Part shown: one piece after another, positions 37,219-46,876 of the stretch
Position numbering within the stretch: position 1 is the stretch's first letter
Layout: the number at the start of each line of letters is the position of its first letter
Origin: Anaerolineales bacterium
GTDB taxonomy: Bacteria > Chloroflexota > Anaerolineae > Anaerolineales > DRMV01
Assembly: GCA_026996855.1 (NCBI GenBank)
Contig: JALWJZ010000069.1
Coordinates: forward strand, 31,628-95,627
Direction of reading: 5' to 3'
Length of the DNA: 64,000 bases
Program-made: the position numbers and the translations under genes
The notes under the pieces: generated by a model
The model's database searches: none
What the model was told of the DNA's origin: nothing
The model's input: the letters and a program-made list of their open reading frames with translations, nothing else

Positions 37219-38611
37219 ATTTTCGCCGGAAATCATCGCGGTGGCCTTCGCCAAGACATCCCGCTCCTCCGAGCCCTTCGACGTCATCGCCCGGGATTTG
37301 AACGAAGATCAAAGCCGTCGCTTCCATGAGAAATGGGTCATCGGTTACGGACATGCCTCGGTGGCCGAACACGCGGTGCTGCACCTGGCCATCGAAGGGG
37401 CTTCCCGATTGGCCATCGAAAGCCTGCAATCCGCGCGCCTGGCTTCCTATACCGAACAATCCACCCGCTACCAAAAGTGGAACCCAGAAGCCTTCCACCG
37501 CCCCACGGAACTGGACGGGCATCCGTTGCGGGAAGACTACGAAACCACGATACGCCGCCTCTTTCGCACCTACCAGGAAATCCAGGAGCCAGTGCAAAGG
37601 GTGATGCGTCGGTACCATCCGCCCCGCGAGGGCGAAACCCCAGAACGCTGGGAACGGCGGGTGCGCACCAAGTACATGGACGTATGCCGCTTCCTCCTTC
37701 CCGCAGCCACCCTGGCCAACGTGGGCATGACGGTCAACGCTCGCGTGCTGGCCCACACACTACGCAAAATGCTGGTCCACCCTTTAGTCGAAGTGCGGGA
37801 AATGGCTACACGCATCAAGGAGGTGGCCCTGCAAGAAGCCCCTACCCTGGTGCGCTACGTGGAACCCGACCGGGCCTTGGAGCAGGCCCTGCAAAACGCG
37901 CGCACCTGGGCCGACCCATTGCAGGCCGAAAACCCCGCCACCACCGCGCACGAGGGGGATTGGCTCCGTCTGGTTCATTATGATGCCGACGGCGAAGCCC
38001 GGGTGCTGGCCGCCGCGCTGTATCGGGTGAGCAACGAGCCTTACCAAGTGTGGTTGGAGCGGGTGCGGGCCATGCCTACCCAGGTCCGAATGCACCTGGC
38101 TCGCGACCTGCTGGAACATCTCGGGCCGCACGACATCCCCCTGCGGGAACTGGAGCACACCACCTACACCGTAGACGCGGTACTGGACCAGGGCGGGTAC
38201 TACGAACTGAAGCGCCACCGCATGATGACCCTGACCCCCCAGGCCCTGACGGCCCGCCTGGGCTACACCGTGCCCCGGGCCATTGTCGAGGCCCGTGTGG
38301 AAGGACGCTACCGAGAAGCCATGGAGCGCGCCGGCGAAACCTACGAACGCCTGGCCGCCTGGAACCCCCACGTGGCCGCCTACGTCGTACCCAACGGCTA
38401 CCGTCGGCGGGTCCTCTTCACCTTCAACGCCCGGCAGGCGTACCATCTGTGCCGTTTGCGCTCCGCACGCAACGCGCACTTTTCCATGCGACGCTTCGCC
38501 CTGCGCCTGGCCGAGGAACTGCGCCGGGTGCATCCAGCCTTGTTCACCTTCCTGGGACTCCCCGAAACCACCTGGCAAGCGGTGGAGCAAGCCCATTTCG
38601 CGGAGGCATGA
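37178..38611 (+). CDS. thyX: FAD-dependent thymidylate synthase ThyX-like, double-length form
   Basis: The first half has GHASVAEHAVLHL...SARLASYTEQSTRYQ, a ThyX-motif-like S..QSTRY. The second half has YYELKRHRMMT (RHR) and LCRLRSARNAHFSMRRF. 477 aa. ATG 37178 follows AGGAGG. Confidence 0.65.
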   Translation: MQPSLRVYALSTREFSPEIIAVAFAKTSRSSEPFDVIARDLNEDQSRRFHEKWVIGYGHASVAEHAVLHLAIEGASRLAIESLQSARLASYTEQSTRYQKWNPEAFHRPTELDGHPLREDYETTIRRLFRTYQEIQEPVQRVMRRYHPPREGETPERWERRVRTKYMDVCRFLLPAATLANVGMTVNARVLAHTLRKMLVHPLVEVREMATRIKEVALQEAPTLVRYVEPDRALEQALQNARTWADPLQAENPATTAHEGDWLRLVHYDADGEARVLAAALYRVSNEPYQVWLERVRAMPTQVRMHLARDLLEHLGPHDIPLRELEHTTYTVDAVLDQGGYYELKRHRMMTLTPQALTARLGYTVPRAIVEARVEGRYREAMERAGETYERLAAWNPHVAAYVVPNGYRRRVLFTFNARQAYHLCRLRSARNAHFSMRRFALRLAEELRRVHPALFTFLGLPETTWQAVEQAHFAEA

Positions 38612-38617
38612 AAACCC

Positions 38618-39487
38618 ATGCGCAACCATGGGGTCCTGCTGGCCAGTGTGGCCCATCCCGACGACGAAACCTTTGGCCTGGGCGGTGCGCTGGCCCATTA
38701 CGCCGCGCGCGGGGTTCAGGTCCACGTCATCTGCGCGACCAAAGGCGAGGCCGGCACCATTCTCGACCCCCAACTGCTGGAAGGCTACGGCTCCGTGGCC
38801 GAACGTCGCGTGGCCGAACTGGAATGCGCGGCCAAAGCCCTGGGGCTGGCCGGGGTGCATTTCCTGGGCTATCGGGATTCGGGCATGCCGGGTTCTCCCG
38901 ACAACCAGCATCCCCAGGCTCTCGTCAACGCGGACGAAGCAGAAGTAGCCGCGCGCATCGCCCAGGTCATGGAAGCCATCCGGCCCCAGGTGGTGGTCAC
39001 CTTCGACCCCATCGGCGGGTACTATCACCCGGACCACATTGTCATGCACCGGGCCACCACCCGGGCCTTTTTCGACCTGCGCCGAGGCTACGAAACCGGG
39101 GAAAGGGATTGGGCACCGGCCAAACTGTACTACCACTTCTTCCCCCGAGGCCGATTACGGTGGCTGGTGAGAATCATGCCGCTGTTAGGCCTGGATCCGC
39201 GACGAGCCGGAGCCAACAAGGACATCGACCTGGTGGCCATTGCCGAAGGGGCCAAAGGCTTCCGCACCCACGCCCGGATTCGCTACGAAGACGTGCTGGA
39301 ACGGGTGCGACAGGCCACCCTGTGCCACAAAAGCCAGTTGCACATGGCGCAACTTTCCTGGCGCGAGCGCCTGTTCCGGCGCCTTTCCCGTCCCCGCCGG
39401 GCCGAAGCCCACTTCATGCGGGCGTATCCCCCCGTGCGTCCCGGGGAACCGATGGAACACGACCTGTTCGCGGGGCTGGACCCATGA
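38618..39487 (+). CDS. PIG-L/LmbE family N-acetylglucosaminyl deacetylase
   Basis: VLLASVAHPDDETFGLGGALA...VHVICATKGEAG...HPDH is the typical LmbE zinc motif set. Confidence 0.8.
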   Translation: MRNHGVLLASVAHPDDETFGLGGALAHYAARGVQVHVICATKGEAGTILDPQLLEGYGSVAERRVAELECAAKALGLAGVHFLGYRDSGMPGSPDNQHPQALVNADEAEVAARIAQVMEAIRPQVVVTFDPIGGYYHPDHIVMHRATTRAFFDLRRGYETGERDWAPAKLYYHFFPRGRLRWLVRIMPLLGLDPRRAGANKDIDLVAIAEGAKGFRTHARIRYEDVLERVRQATLCHKSQLHMAQLSWRERLFRRLSRPRRAEAHFMRAYPPVRPGEPMEHDLFAGLDP

Positions 39488-39534
39488 CGAGGTCGGCCAT
39501 GCAAACATCGCAGCCCGAAAACAGGAGACAGCCC

Positions 39535-40443
39535 ATGCCTTCGACCAAACGAGAACTGGAAAGTTACGGCGGCCAGGCTCTCATCGAAGGGGTGCTCATG
39601 CGGGGGAAATGGGCCGCGGCCTGGGCCGTGCGCAAACCCGACGGCAGCATTTACATCCACACCGAACCCCTGGGGGGCCTGTATCGTCAACGCTGGATGC
39701 GCCTCCCCTTCTTGCGGGGCCTTTTGAGCCTGGCCGATGCCCTCTGGTTGGGTATGCGGGCTTTGACGGACTCGGCCAACCAACAGGCCACCCGGCCCGA
39801 AGAGCGGGTGGAAGGCGTCTCGGCTTACATCACCTTCGGCATTTCCTTCGCCGTAGCCCTGGTAGTGTTCCTCTGGCTTCCCATGGCCGCGGGCTTTGGC
39901 CTGGCCCGGGTCTTCCACCTTTCCGCCTGGGCGGCCCACCTCTTGGAGGGCTTTTTGCGGGTGGCCCTGCTGGTGGGTTATCTGATCTTCGTCGGACGCC
40001 TGTCCGAAGTGCAACGGCTTTTCGGCTACCACGCGGCTGAGCATCAGACCATCCACGCGTACGAGCACGGCGCGGACCTCACACCGGAAGCGGTGGCCCG
40101 CTTCCCCGCCGCGCATCCCCGTTGCGGCACCGGGTTCCTGCTCATGGTGGCCCTGGTGGCCATCGTGCTCTTCGCGCTGTGGGACCCGGGCACCTGGTGG
40201 GGACGTCTGCTGCTGCGCGTGGCCCTGATCCCCGTGCTGGTGGGCCTCTCCTACGAGTTCCTGCGCTGGACGTGGAAACACGCCCATGAGCCCTGGGCCA
40301 AATGGCTGCTCAAGCCCCATCTGGCATTGCAGCGCCTCACCACCCGCACCCCCGACCGGGGCATGATTGAGGTGGCCATCACCGCGTTTCTGGCCTTGCA
40401 AGAAGCCGAGTCCCGGTGGAAACCCACGGAGCAGGCCCGATGA
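39535..40443 (+). CDS. DUF1385 membrane protein
   Basis: YGGQALIEGVLMRG......YHAAEHQTIHAYE......HPRCGT is the characteristic DUF1385 pattern (recalled). ATG at 39535 follows AGGAGA. Confidence 0.7.
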   Translation: MPSTKRELESYGGQALIEGVLMRGKWAAAWAVRKPDGSIYIHTEPLGGLYRQRWMRLPFLRGLLSLADALWLGMRALTDSANQQATRPEERVEGVSAYITFGISFAVALVVFLWLPMAAGFGLARVFHLSAWAAHLLEGFLRVALLVGYLIFVGRLSEVQRLFGYHAAEHQTIHAYEHGADLTPEAVARFPAAHPRCGTGFLLMVALVAIVLFALWDPGTWWGRLLLRVALIPVLVGLSYEFLRWTWKHAHEPWAKWLLKPHLALQRLTTRTPDRGMIEVAITAFLALQEAESRWKPTEQAR

Positions 40444-41006
40444 GCGAAACCCGGTTGGTCCTCATCCGCCACGGGGAAACCGATTGGAACGTGGAAGGAC
40501 GCTACCAGGGACAGGCCGACCCGCCGTTGAACGAACGGGGGCGGGAGCAGGCCCGGCAGTTGGTGGAAGCGGTACGCCCCCTGGGTCTGGAAGTGGTCTA
40601 CAGCAGCCCTTTGCTGCGGGCCTGGGAAACCGCCTGCATCCTGGCCCGCGAATTGAATCTACCCCTTTACCCGGAGCCTCGCCTGAAGGAAATCCACCAG
40701 GGGGAATGGCAGGGCATGTTGGTCACGGAGATCCGACGACGCTATCCCCAACTCTTCGCCCGGTGGGAAGAAGAACCCTGGTCCGTACGGGTGCCCGGGG
40801 GCGAAACCCTGGAGGAGGTACAGCGACGGGTCTTCCAGGCGGTAGACGACATCCTGGCCCGGCACCCCGGGCAGACCGTGGCCATTGTGAGCCATCGGCT
40901 GCCCCTGGCCCTGCTGAAAATTCGCTACCAGGGCCTGGACCCCAACCAGGTACGGAAAATCCCCATCCCCAACACCGCCTGGGAAGTGATTGTGGTGAAA
41001 GAGTAA
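40440..41006 (+). CDS. histidine phosphatase family protein (phosphoglycerate-mutase-like)
   Basis: LVLIRHGETDWNVEGRYQGQADPPLNERG carries the RHG catalytic motif, with a downstream SH (IVSHRLP). Confidence 0.8.
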   Translation: MSETRLVLIRHGETDWNVEGRYQGQADPPLNERGREQARQLVEAVRPLGLEVVYSSPLLRAWETACILARELNLPLYPEPRLKEIHQGEWQGMLVTEIRRRYPQLFARWEEEPWSVRVPGGETLEEVQRRVFQAVDDILARHPGQTVAIVSHRLPLALLKIRYQGLDPNQVRKIPIPNTAWEVIVVKE

Positions 41007-41040
41007 AAGGGCAGCCGACAAATCGGCTGCCCTTTTGTTT
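41006..41040. terminator. bidirectional intrinsic terminator between convergent genes
   Basis: AAA-GGGCAGCCGA (41009-41018), loop CAAA, TCGGCTGCCC (41023-41032), followed by TTTTGTTT. Confidence 0.8.
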
Positions 41041-41055
41041 CGTACACTCCTGCAA

Positions 41056-42219
41056 CTATTCCCGCCGTGACGCGTGCAAGCGTTCCAGCCGCTCCTGCAG
41101 GAAAGGAGGCAAATCCACATCGTCTCCGAGTTGCCCCAAAGCCGGGCCTTGGGAACGGCCCTGAGACACGTCGCCCGTTCGGCGCTGGGGTGCGGCAGGC
41201 CGCTGGGCCTCTCGGGGCCGAGGCCGACGCTGGGAAGCCACCGAACTCCGCAAGGTGTGCACGTCTTGCGCAAAGCCCGTGGCCACCAGGGTAATGCGCA
41301 CCCGGTCTTCCATGTCCTCGTTGATGACCGCGCCGAAGATGATGTTGGCCTCGGGGTGAGCAGCGGCCTGGATGATGTCCGCGGCCTCGTACACTTCGTG
41401 CAGGGTCAGGTCGGGGCCGCCGGTGATGTTGAACAGGATGCCCCGAGCGCCGTCGATGGTGATGTCCAACAAGCGGCTGGTCACCGCGGCCTCGGCGGCC
41501 TTGCGGGCCTTTTCGTCGCCTTGGCCCTCGCCAATGGCCATGAGGGCCGCGCCACCCTCCTGCATGATGGAGCGCACGTCCGCGAAGTCCAGGTTGATGA
41601 GGCCGGGCACGGTGATGAGTTCGGAAATGCCCTGAACGCCCTGGAGCAGGACCTCGTCGGCCAGGCGGAAGGCATCCTGCAAGGAGAGCCGACGGTCGGA
41701 AATTTCCAGGAGCCGGTCGTTGGGGATGACGATGAGGGTGTCCACCTTTTCGGACAGGGCCAGGATGCCCTCTTCCGCGGCCTGCGCCCGCTTCTTCCCT
41801 TCGAAGCGGAAGGGCCGGGTGACCACGCCGATGGTGAGCGCCCCCTCTTCGCGCGCCAATTGGGCAATGACGGGCGCCGCGCCCGTGCCCGTGCCGCCGC
41901 CCATCCCGGCGGTGATGAACACCATGTCCGCGCCCTTGATGACCTCCCGCAGTTCCTCGATGGACTCCTCGGCCGCCTTGCGACCGATTTCCGGGTTGCC
42001 ACCGGAACCCAGGCCCCGGGTCAGTTTGTCTCCAATGCGCACCCGAATGGGCGCCAACGAACGATTCAGGTGCTGGGCATCGGTGTTCACCGCGATGAAT
42101 TCCACGCCCTGCACCCCCGCAGCCACCATGCGGTCCACCGCGTTGCTGCCACCTCCTCCCACGCCGATGACCTTAATGCGGGCAAAAGGCTCGGGATTGA
42201 TGAACGTTTCGCCTACCAT
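41056..42219 (-). CDS. ftsZ: cell division protein FtsZ
   Basis: [42 protein letters not shown]. Confidence 0.95.
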   Translation of the reverse strand: MVGETFINPEPFARIKVIGVGGGGSNAVDRMVAAGVQGVEFIAVNTDAQHLNRSLAPIRVRIGDKLTRGLGSGGNPEIGRKAAEESIEELREVIKGADMVFITAGMGGGTGTGAAPVIAQLAREEGALTIGVVTRPFRFEGKKRAQAAEEGILALSEKVDTLIVIPNDRLLEISDRRLSLQDAFRLADEVLLQGVQGISELITVPGLINLDFADVRSIMQEGGAALMAIGEGQGDEKARKAAEAAVTSRLLDITIDGARGILFNITGGPDLTLHEVYEAADIIQAAAHPEANIIFGAVINEDMEDRVRITLVATGFAQDVHTLRSSVASQRRPRPREAQRPAAPQRRTGDVSQGRSQGPALGQLGDDVDLPPFLQERLERLHASRRE

Positions 42220-42318
42220 AGCGCACCCTCCTCACATTGTTTCGAGCATATTTGCGGTTGCATTTTTGGTATCATCGTAAATGCGCGAGATACATCGCGA
42301 AAATCGCAATTTCGCCAC

Positions 42319-42346
42319 ATTTTACCACATCCTTCAAAAAATGCAA
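42319..42346 (-). promoter_or_regulatory. candidate ftsZ promoter in the ftsA-ftsZ spacer
   Basis: Minus strand has TTGCAT (42346..42341), a 16-nt spacer, then TAAAAT (42324..42319), within an A/T-rich 130-nt gap. Confidence 0.35.
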
Positions 42347-42350
42347 ATTT

Positions 42351-43652
42351 TCATAGCACACCTCCTCCCATAGAAAAGAATCGGCTACCAAAGGCTGTGA
42401 TGGTGGGCCATGCAAACCACATCAGGGGCAACAACCCGCGCAAGAAGGTCAACAACCGCTGACCCCAGGTGGCCTCGACCGCCGGGGCCGGAGCGGTCTG
42501 TTCACCCGCGTAGGCTTCCACGAATTGCAATACCCCCAGCAACGTGGTGAATTCCGGGCCGCCCATTTGTTGCGGCCAATGGGCGCGGCCCTCGGGGCGG
42601 GCAATCCGCACGGGCATTTTCAGGTATTCCATAGCCATCTGCCGCAAGCCGGGCAAGCGGGCTGTGCCTCCGGTCAGGACCAGGCCCGCGGGCAGGGCAT
42701 CGGCTTTGCCCGAGGTCTTCAAGGTCTCCTGCACCCGATGGAAAATTTGCCGCAAACGCGCTTCCAGAATTTCCGCCACGTGACGAGGGTGCAACCGCAC
42801 CGGGTCGCCCTCGCCAAAAGGCCGGAAGGTCACCCAATCGGCATCCCGAGGTACCACATTGGGCGAAGCGAACCCGTGGTCCCGTTTCAGGGATTCGGCT
42901 TCGTGGAAGGGGATGCTCAGCACCACCGACAAATCCCGGGTCAGGTTGTAGCCGGCAACGGGAATCACGTCGGTATGGCACACTTCCCCGTCCACGTAGA
43001 CGGCCACGTCGGTGGTGCCCGCGCCGATGTCGCATACCACCACGCCCATTTCCCGTTCCCCCTCGCTCAGCACCGCTTCCCCCGCGGCCAGGCCGCTGAG
43101 CACGAAGCCTTCCACGGTGAAACCCGCGTCTTCAATGCACTGCTGCAAGTTGTACACTTCCGTCTTGGGCACGGTGATAAGGTGCACCTCCGCTTCCAAC
43201 CGGTAGCCGTACATCCCCACGGGCCATTTCACCTCTTTGTCGTCCAGCCGGTATCCCCGCCGGATGACGTGCAACAGCAACTGGTTGTGTTCCAGGGGCA
43301 CGGCTTGCGCGGCTTCCTCGGCCCGCAGCACGTCTTCCTCGTCCACCACGCCCTGGGTCACGCCCACCGCGCCGGTGTTGTTGAAGGCCTTGATGGGCGC
43401 GACGGCCACGTTGGCCCAAACGGGCAGGCGGGCGGGTTTGAGACGGGCCATACGCAACGCCCGCTGCATGGCTCTCGTCACGGAACGGGTCAACGCGGGC
43501 ATGTCCACCACCACGCCTTTTTGCAAACCCTGCGAAGGGGCCACACCAAAGCCCAACACCCGGGCCGGCCATCCCGGCCGCACCTCCACCACCAGGGCAC
43601 CGATTTTGGAAGAGCCGATGTCCAAAATACCCAACGTCCACGACCGGGTCAT
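42351..43652 (-). CDS. ftsA: cell division protein FtsA
   Basis: LGILDIGSSKIGALVVE...VVCDIGAGTTDVAVY...LTGGTARLPGL are actin-fold phosphate motifs. Confidence 0.9.
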   Translation of the reverse strand: MTRSWTLGILDIGSSKIGALVVEVRPGWPARVLGFGVAPSQGLQKGVVVDMPALTRSVTRAMQRALRMARLKPARLPVWANVAVAPIKAFNNTGAVGVTQGVVDEEDVLRAEEAAQAVPLEHNQLLLHVIRRGYRLDDKEVKWPVGMYGYRLEAEVHLITVPKTEVYNLQQCIEDAGFTVEGFVLSGLAAGEAVLSEGEREMGVVVCDIGAGTTDVAVYVDGEVCHTDVIPVAGYNLTRDLSVVLSIPFHEAESLKRDHGFASPNVVPRDADWVTFRPFGEGDPVRLHPRHVAEILEARLRQIFHRVQETLKTSGKADALPAGLVLTGGTARLPGLRQMAMEYLKMPVRIARPEGRAHWPQQMGGPEFTTLLGVLQFVEAYAGEQTAPAPAVEATWGQRLLTFLRGLLPLMWFAWPTITAFGSRFFSMGGGVL

Positions 43653-44578
43653 GGTTGCTGTCCCTCCTCCTCCGCTTCCGGAAGTACGACGACCGCTCGG
43701 GTTGACAACAGACGAATGACTTCGGGCCGTTGGTTTTTCTCCAGCAGCACGTTACGCAACGCCTGGTACAACTGCCATCGGGCCTCCCAGTCGTGCAAGG
43801 CATGGCCCAGGTACACCTGCCAGCCCTCGGGGGCCCGCCACCCCACCCCGTATTCGGGGTGATACACCAACTCACGGCTGCCCACCTTTTGCGCCAGGGA
43901 GAGCAACAAGCGCACCTGCTCGGGGCTTGGCCGCACCCCGGGTTCGTCGCCCATCACCTTTACCCGGGGCCAGGTGGGTTCGGCTGCGCCGGAAGGGTAG
44001 AACACCACCCCCTCCTCGTCCATCCAAAACGTCTCTCGGCCCTCGATCCAAACCAACACCGGATCCCGTTCTTCCACCACCAGGAGCACCCGGTTGGGAA
44101 AACCCACGTGCACCGACACCCGACGAAACTCGGGGAAAGCCTCCCGCACCCGTTGCACCAGGTCTTCGGGGCGCACAGCCACCGCGGGTTGCCCCACCAC
44201 GTTTGCGAAACCCGTCCAGTTTTGCAAACGGGTTGGGTCCGTGCGCACCAGGCCCTGCACCTGCACCTTTTCCACTCGAAAGGCCGGATGCATCCACAGC
44301 AGCGCCACCAGCAGACCGAACACGCCCGCCAGCGACGCGGCTGCCAGCCGTGGCAGGGACAGCGCCACGGGAACCGCCCCACGCGCCGCGCGGCGGGACC
44401 GCGACGCCTTTCGCCGCCGTCGCCCGGAGCGGGCCGCGGTGCGGGTGCCCGGACGTGCCCGAGACGGCGTGGGAACCCGCGAACCGCCCTGCCGTCGGCG
44501 CTGGGGCAGCACCACCGAGGCCAGACGCGGAGCCTCTTCCCGTCGAGTTGCGACCGGAGTCGCGGCGGTGCGACTCAT
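43649..44578 (-). CDS. ftsQ: cell division protein FtsQ/DivIB (POTRA) with an Arg-rich cytoplasmic N-terminus
   Basis: A basic tail, one TM segment (LAAASLAGVFGLLVALLW), then FRVEKVQVQGL...(POTRA). It sits between ddl and ftsA. An internal ATG at 44578 was chosen. Confidence 0.75.
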   Translation of the reverse strand: MSRTAATPVATRREEAPRLASVVLPQRRRQGGSRVPTPSRARPGTRTAARSGRRRRKASRSRRAARGAVPVALSLPRLAAASLAGVFGLLVALLWMHPAFRVEKVQVQGLVRTDPTRLQNWTGFANVVGQPAVAVRPEDLVQRVREAFPEFRRVSVHVGFPNRVLLVVEERDPVLVWIEGRETFWMDEEGVVFYPSGAAEPTWPRVKVMGDEPGVRPSPEQVRLLLSLAQKVGSRELVYHPEYGVGWRAPEGWQVYLGHALHDWEARWQLYQALRNVLLEKNQRPEVIRLLSTRAVVVLPEAEEEGQQP

Positions 44579-45681
44579 GCTTCCTCCTCGGGACGAAAGC
44601 GGTACACCGTGCGCTGCCGTTCCGCATGACGTTCCAGGGCCAGTTGGATGAGCCGGTCCAGGAGCGCCGGATACGGAAGGCCGCTGGCCTCCCACAATTT
44701 GGGATACATGCTGATAGGCGTGAACCCGGGAATGGTGTTCACCTCGCTAATGAACAAGGTGCCCGTTTCTCGATGCATCAGAAAATCTACCCGGGCCATG
44801 CCCGCAGCATCGATGGCCCGATAAGCCGCCAGGGCCAGCCGCTGCACTTCTCGGGCCTGGTCCTCCGTCAGCGGCGCGGGGATGAGCAACTGCGAGGTAT
44901 CGTCCAGGTACTTGGCCCGATAGGTGTAGAATTCATCCCCCGGGACGACTTCGCCAGGTACGGAGGCTTGGGGAGATTCGTTCCCCAACACGCTCACCTC
45001 GATTTCCCGCGCCGGGATGCCCTCCTCCACCACCAAACGGCGGTCGTAACGAGCCGCTTCGTCCAGACCGGCCCGAAGTTCCTCTCGATTGCGCGCCTTG
45101 GTCACACCCACCGACGAACCCAAATTCGCAGGCTTGACGAACAGCGGGTAAGGGGCCAGGTCTTCGCACGCGTCCAGCACCTCTTCGGGGCGGGTTTCCC
45201 ACACATGCCGGGTGAACACCCGATACCGAACCACGGGCAACCCGTGCGCTTTCATAACGTCCTTGAACAACCCTTTGTCCATGGCCAGTGCGGACGCGGC
45301 CACTCCGGCACCCACATAGGCCACCCCGGCCATTTCCAAAAGGCCCTGCAAAGTGCCGTCTTCCCCAAAGGGGCCGTGCAGCACGGGGAAGACCACGTCC
45401 AGCTGGGCCAGACGCTCCAGCACCGGCTCCAGGGCCCACAAGCCCGGCCGGGTGGGGTCGGGCAAAATGGTCACGGGGCGCAGGCCCTGGGTGCTGCCCT
45501 GTTCCAGCATTTCCCGCGCCTGGGCGCCGAAGTACCAGGCTCCTTGGTGGGTGATGCCAATGGGGTAAACCTCGTACTTATCGGTCGAAAGATGCCGCAG
45601 CACGGAACGAGCCGAGACCAGAGAAACCTCGTGCTCGCCCGAACGCCCACCGAAGAGAACACCCACGCGCAATTTCTTCAT
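44575..45681 (-). CDS. ddl: D-alanine--D-alanine ligase
   Basis: [24 protein letters not shown]...FPVLHGPFGEDGTLQGLLE...EVNTIPGFT. Confidence 0.95.
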   Translation of the reverse strand: MKKLRVGVLFGGRSGEHEVSLVSARSVLRHLSTDKYEVYPIGITHQGAWYFGAQAREMLEQGSTQGLRPVTILPDPTRPGLWALEPVLERLAQLDVVFPVLHGPFGEDGTLQGLLEMAGVAYVGAGVAASALAMDKGLFKDVMKAHGLPVVRYRVFTRHVWETRPEEVLDACEDLAPYPLFVKPANLGSSVGVTKARNREELRAGLDEAARYDRRLVVEEGIPAREIEVSVLGNESPQASVPGEVVPGDEFYTYRAKYLDDTSQLLIPAPLTEDQAREVQRLALAAYRAIDAAGMARVDFLMHRETGTLFISEVNTIPGFTPISMYPKLWEASGLPYPALLDRLIQLALERHAERQRTVYRFRPEEEA

Positions 45682-46643
45682 GGCCGCACGCTCCTTGCAT
45701 CCGGAACCATCAACGCCTGAACCTGCTCGGGGGGCCAGGCCCCCACCAACTGGATTTCCGGCTCCAACCACACGCCGAACTGCCGGGCGACCCGCTCCTG
45801 GGCCAGGCGCATCAGCCGCCACACCTGGTAGGCCGTGCCCTGCCCGTGGTTGATGAAGAAGTTGGCGTGCAACGGACTGATTTCCACGTCGCCAATGCGG
45901 GTGCCCTTCAGGCCCGCGGCGTCGATGAGCCGACCGGCATAATCCCCGGGCGGGTTCTTGAACATGGAACCCACGCTGGCCCCGGGGGGTTGGGTGCGTC
46001 GGCGTCGCTGCTGGTACTCCGCCACCCGGCGCCGCAGGGCCTCGGGGTCGCCCCGATACAACCGCAACACCGCGGCCAGCACCACCGCCGGCTCGCCCTG
46101 TTTGAGCCGGGTGGTCCGGTAGCCCATCTCCAGGTCGGCGGGGGACCAGGTTTCCCGGCCCCGCTCCCGGTGCCACAGGTCCACCTCCACCAACACACCG
46201 GCCATGTCACCTCCGAAGGCACCGGCGTTGCCCACCACCGCGCCGCCCACAGTACCGGGAATACCCACGGCCCACTCCAGGCCCGCGTACCCCTGCTCCA
46301 CGGTCTGACGGGCCAGGACGCTCAAGCCCGTACCCGACGCGACCCACAACAGGGCTTCGTCGCCCTGCTGCAACCAGCGCCAGGCCCGGTATCGGTTGTG
46401 CACCACCAGGCCGGGCACCCCCGCGTCGGCAATCAACACGTTGGAACCGCCGCCCAGTACCCAAAAGGAGGCTTGCAGGTCCCACAACACCGGCAGGAGC
46501 CGGAGCCATTGCGCCTCGGAGAACACCCGCACCAAAACCTGCGCCGGCCCGCCGATGCGGGACGAAGTGTACGGTGCCAGGGGCGCCTTTTCCGCCCACT
46601 CCAGACCCAACTTTTCCAACTTGGCCGTCAACCGTTGCACCAT
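45678..46643 (-). CDS. murB: UDP-N-acetylenolpyruvoylglucosamine reductase
   Basis: [13 protein letters not shown]...VLGGGSNVL...[18 protein letters not shown]...GSMFKNP. Confidence 0.9.
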   Translation of the reverse strand: MVQRLTAKLEKLGLEWAEKAPLAPYTSSRIGGPAQVLVRVFSEAQWLRLLPVLWDLQASFWVLGGGSNVLIADAGVPGLVVHNRYRAWRWLQQGDEALLWVASGTGLSVLARQTVEQGYAGLEWAVGIPGTVGGAVVGNAGAFGGDMAGVLVEVDLWHRERGRETWSPADLEMGYRTTRLKQGEPAVVLAAVLRLYRGDPEALRRRVAEYQQRRRRTQPPGASVGSMFKNPPGDYAGRLIDAAGLKGTRIGDVEISPLHANFFINHGQGTAYQVWRLMRLAQERVARQFGVWLEPEIQLVGAWPPEQVQALMVPDARSVRP

Positions 46644-46651
46644 GACATGCC

Positions 46652-46876
46652 TCACAAACGCCGCACCCGCTCGATGATGCGTTGAATCAAATCCTCGTCG
46701 TACCACCACGGCTCCTCGCCGCTGGAAGGCGACTCGTCCGTTTCCAGGTGCGCGGGCCTGGATTCGGCCTCCAACCACGGGGACGGGGGTGTGGGTTGCT
46801 CTTGGGACATACCTCCCTCCGAACGGGGCCGAAGCATTTGCAAAAAGCGTCGCAACCGTTCAAACCATCCCATCAT
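46652..46876 (-). CDS. small acidic hypothetical protein (74 aa) between murC and murB
   Basis: ATGATG at 46876 follows AAGGAAG and overlaps the last codons of murC. The translation is MMGWFERLRRFLQMLRPRSEGGMSQEQPTPPSPWLEAESRPAHLETDESPSSGEEPWWYDEDLIQRIIERVRRL. The stop lies 8 nt before the murB ATG. No family was recognised. Confidence 0.35.
   Translation of the reverse strand: MMGWFERLRRFLQMLRPRSEGGMSQEQPTPPSPWLEAESRPAHLETDESPSSGEEPWWYDEDLIQRIIERVRRL

Noticed and set aside
38050-39534. Long 5' extensions of track ORFs, for example 38050-40443, 30972-32534, 21903-23075, 49970-52693, 44575-46176, 55182-57578 and 59902-61551.
   Set aside because: The extensions overlap well-supported upstream genes in another frame and are Arg/Pro/Gly-rich. 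Internal ATG/GTG codons with GGAGG-type RBS and family-typical N-termini were chosen instead.
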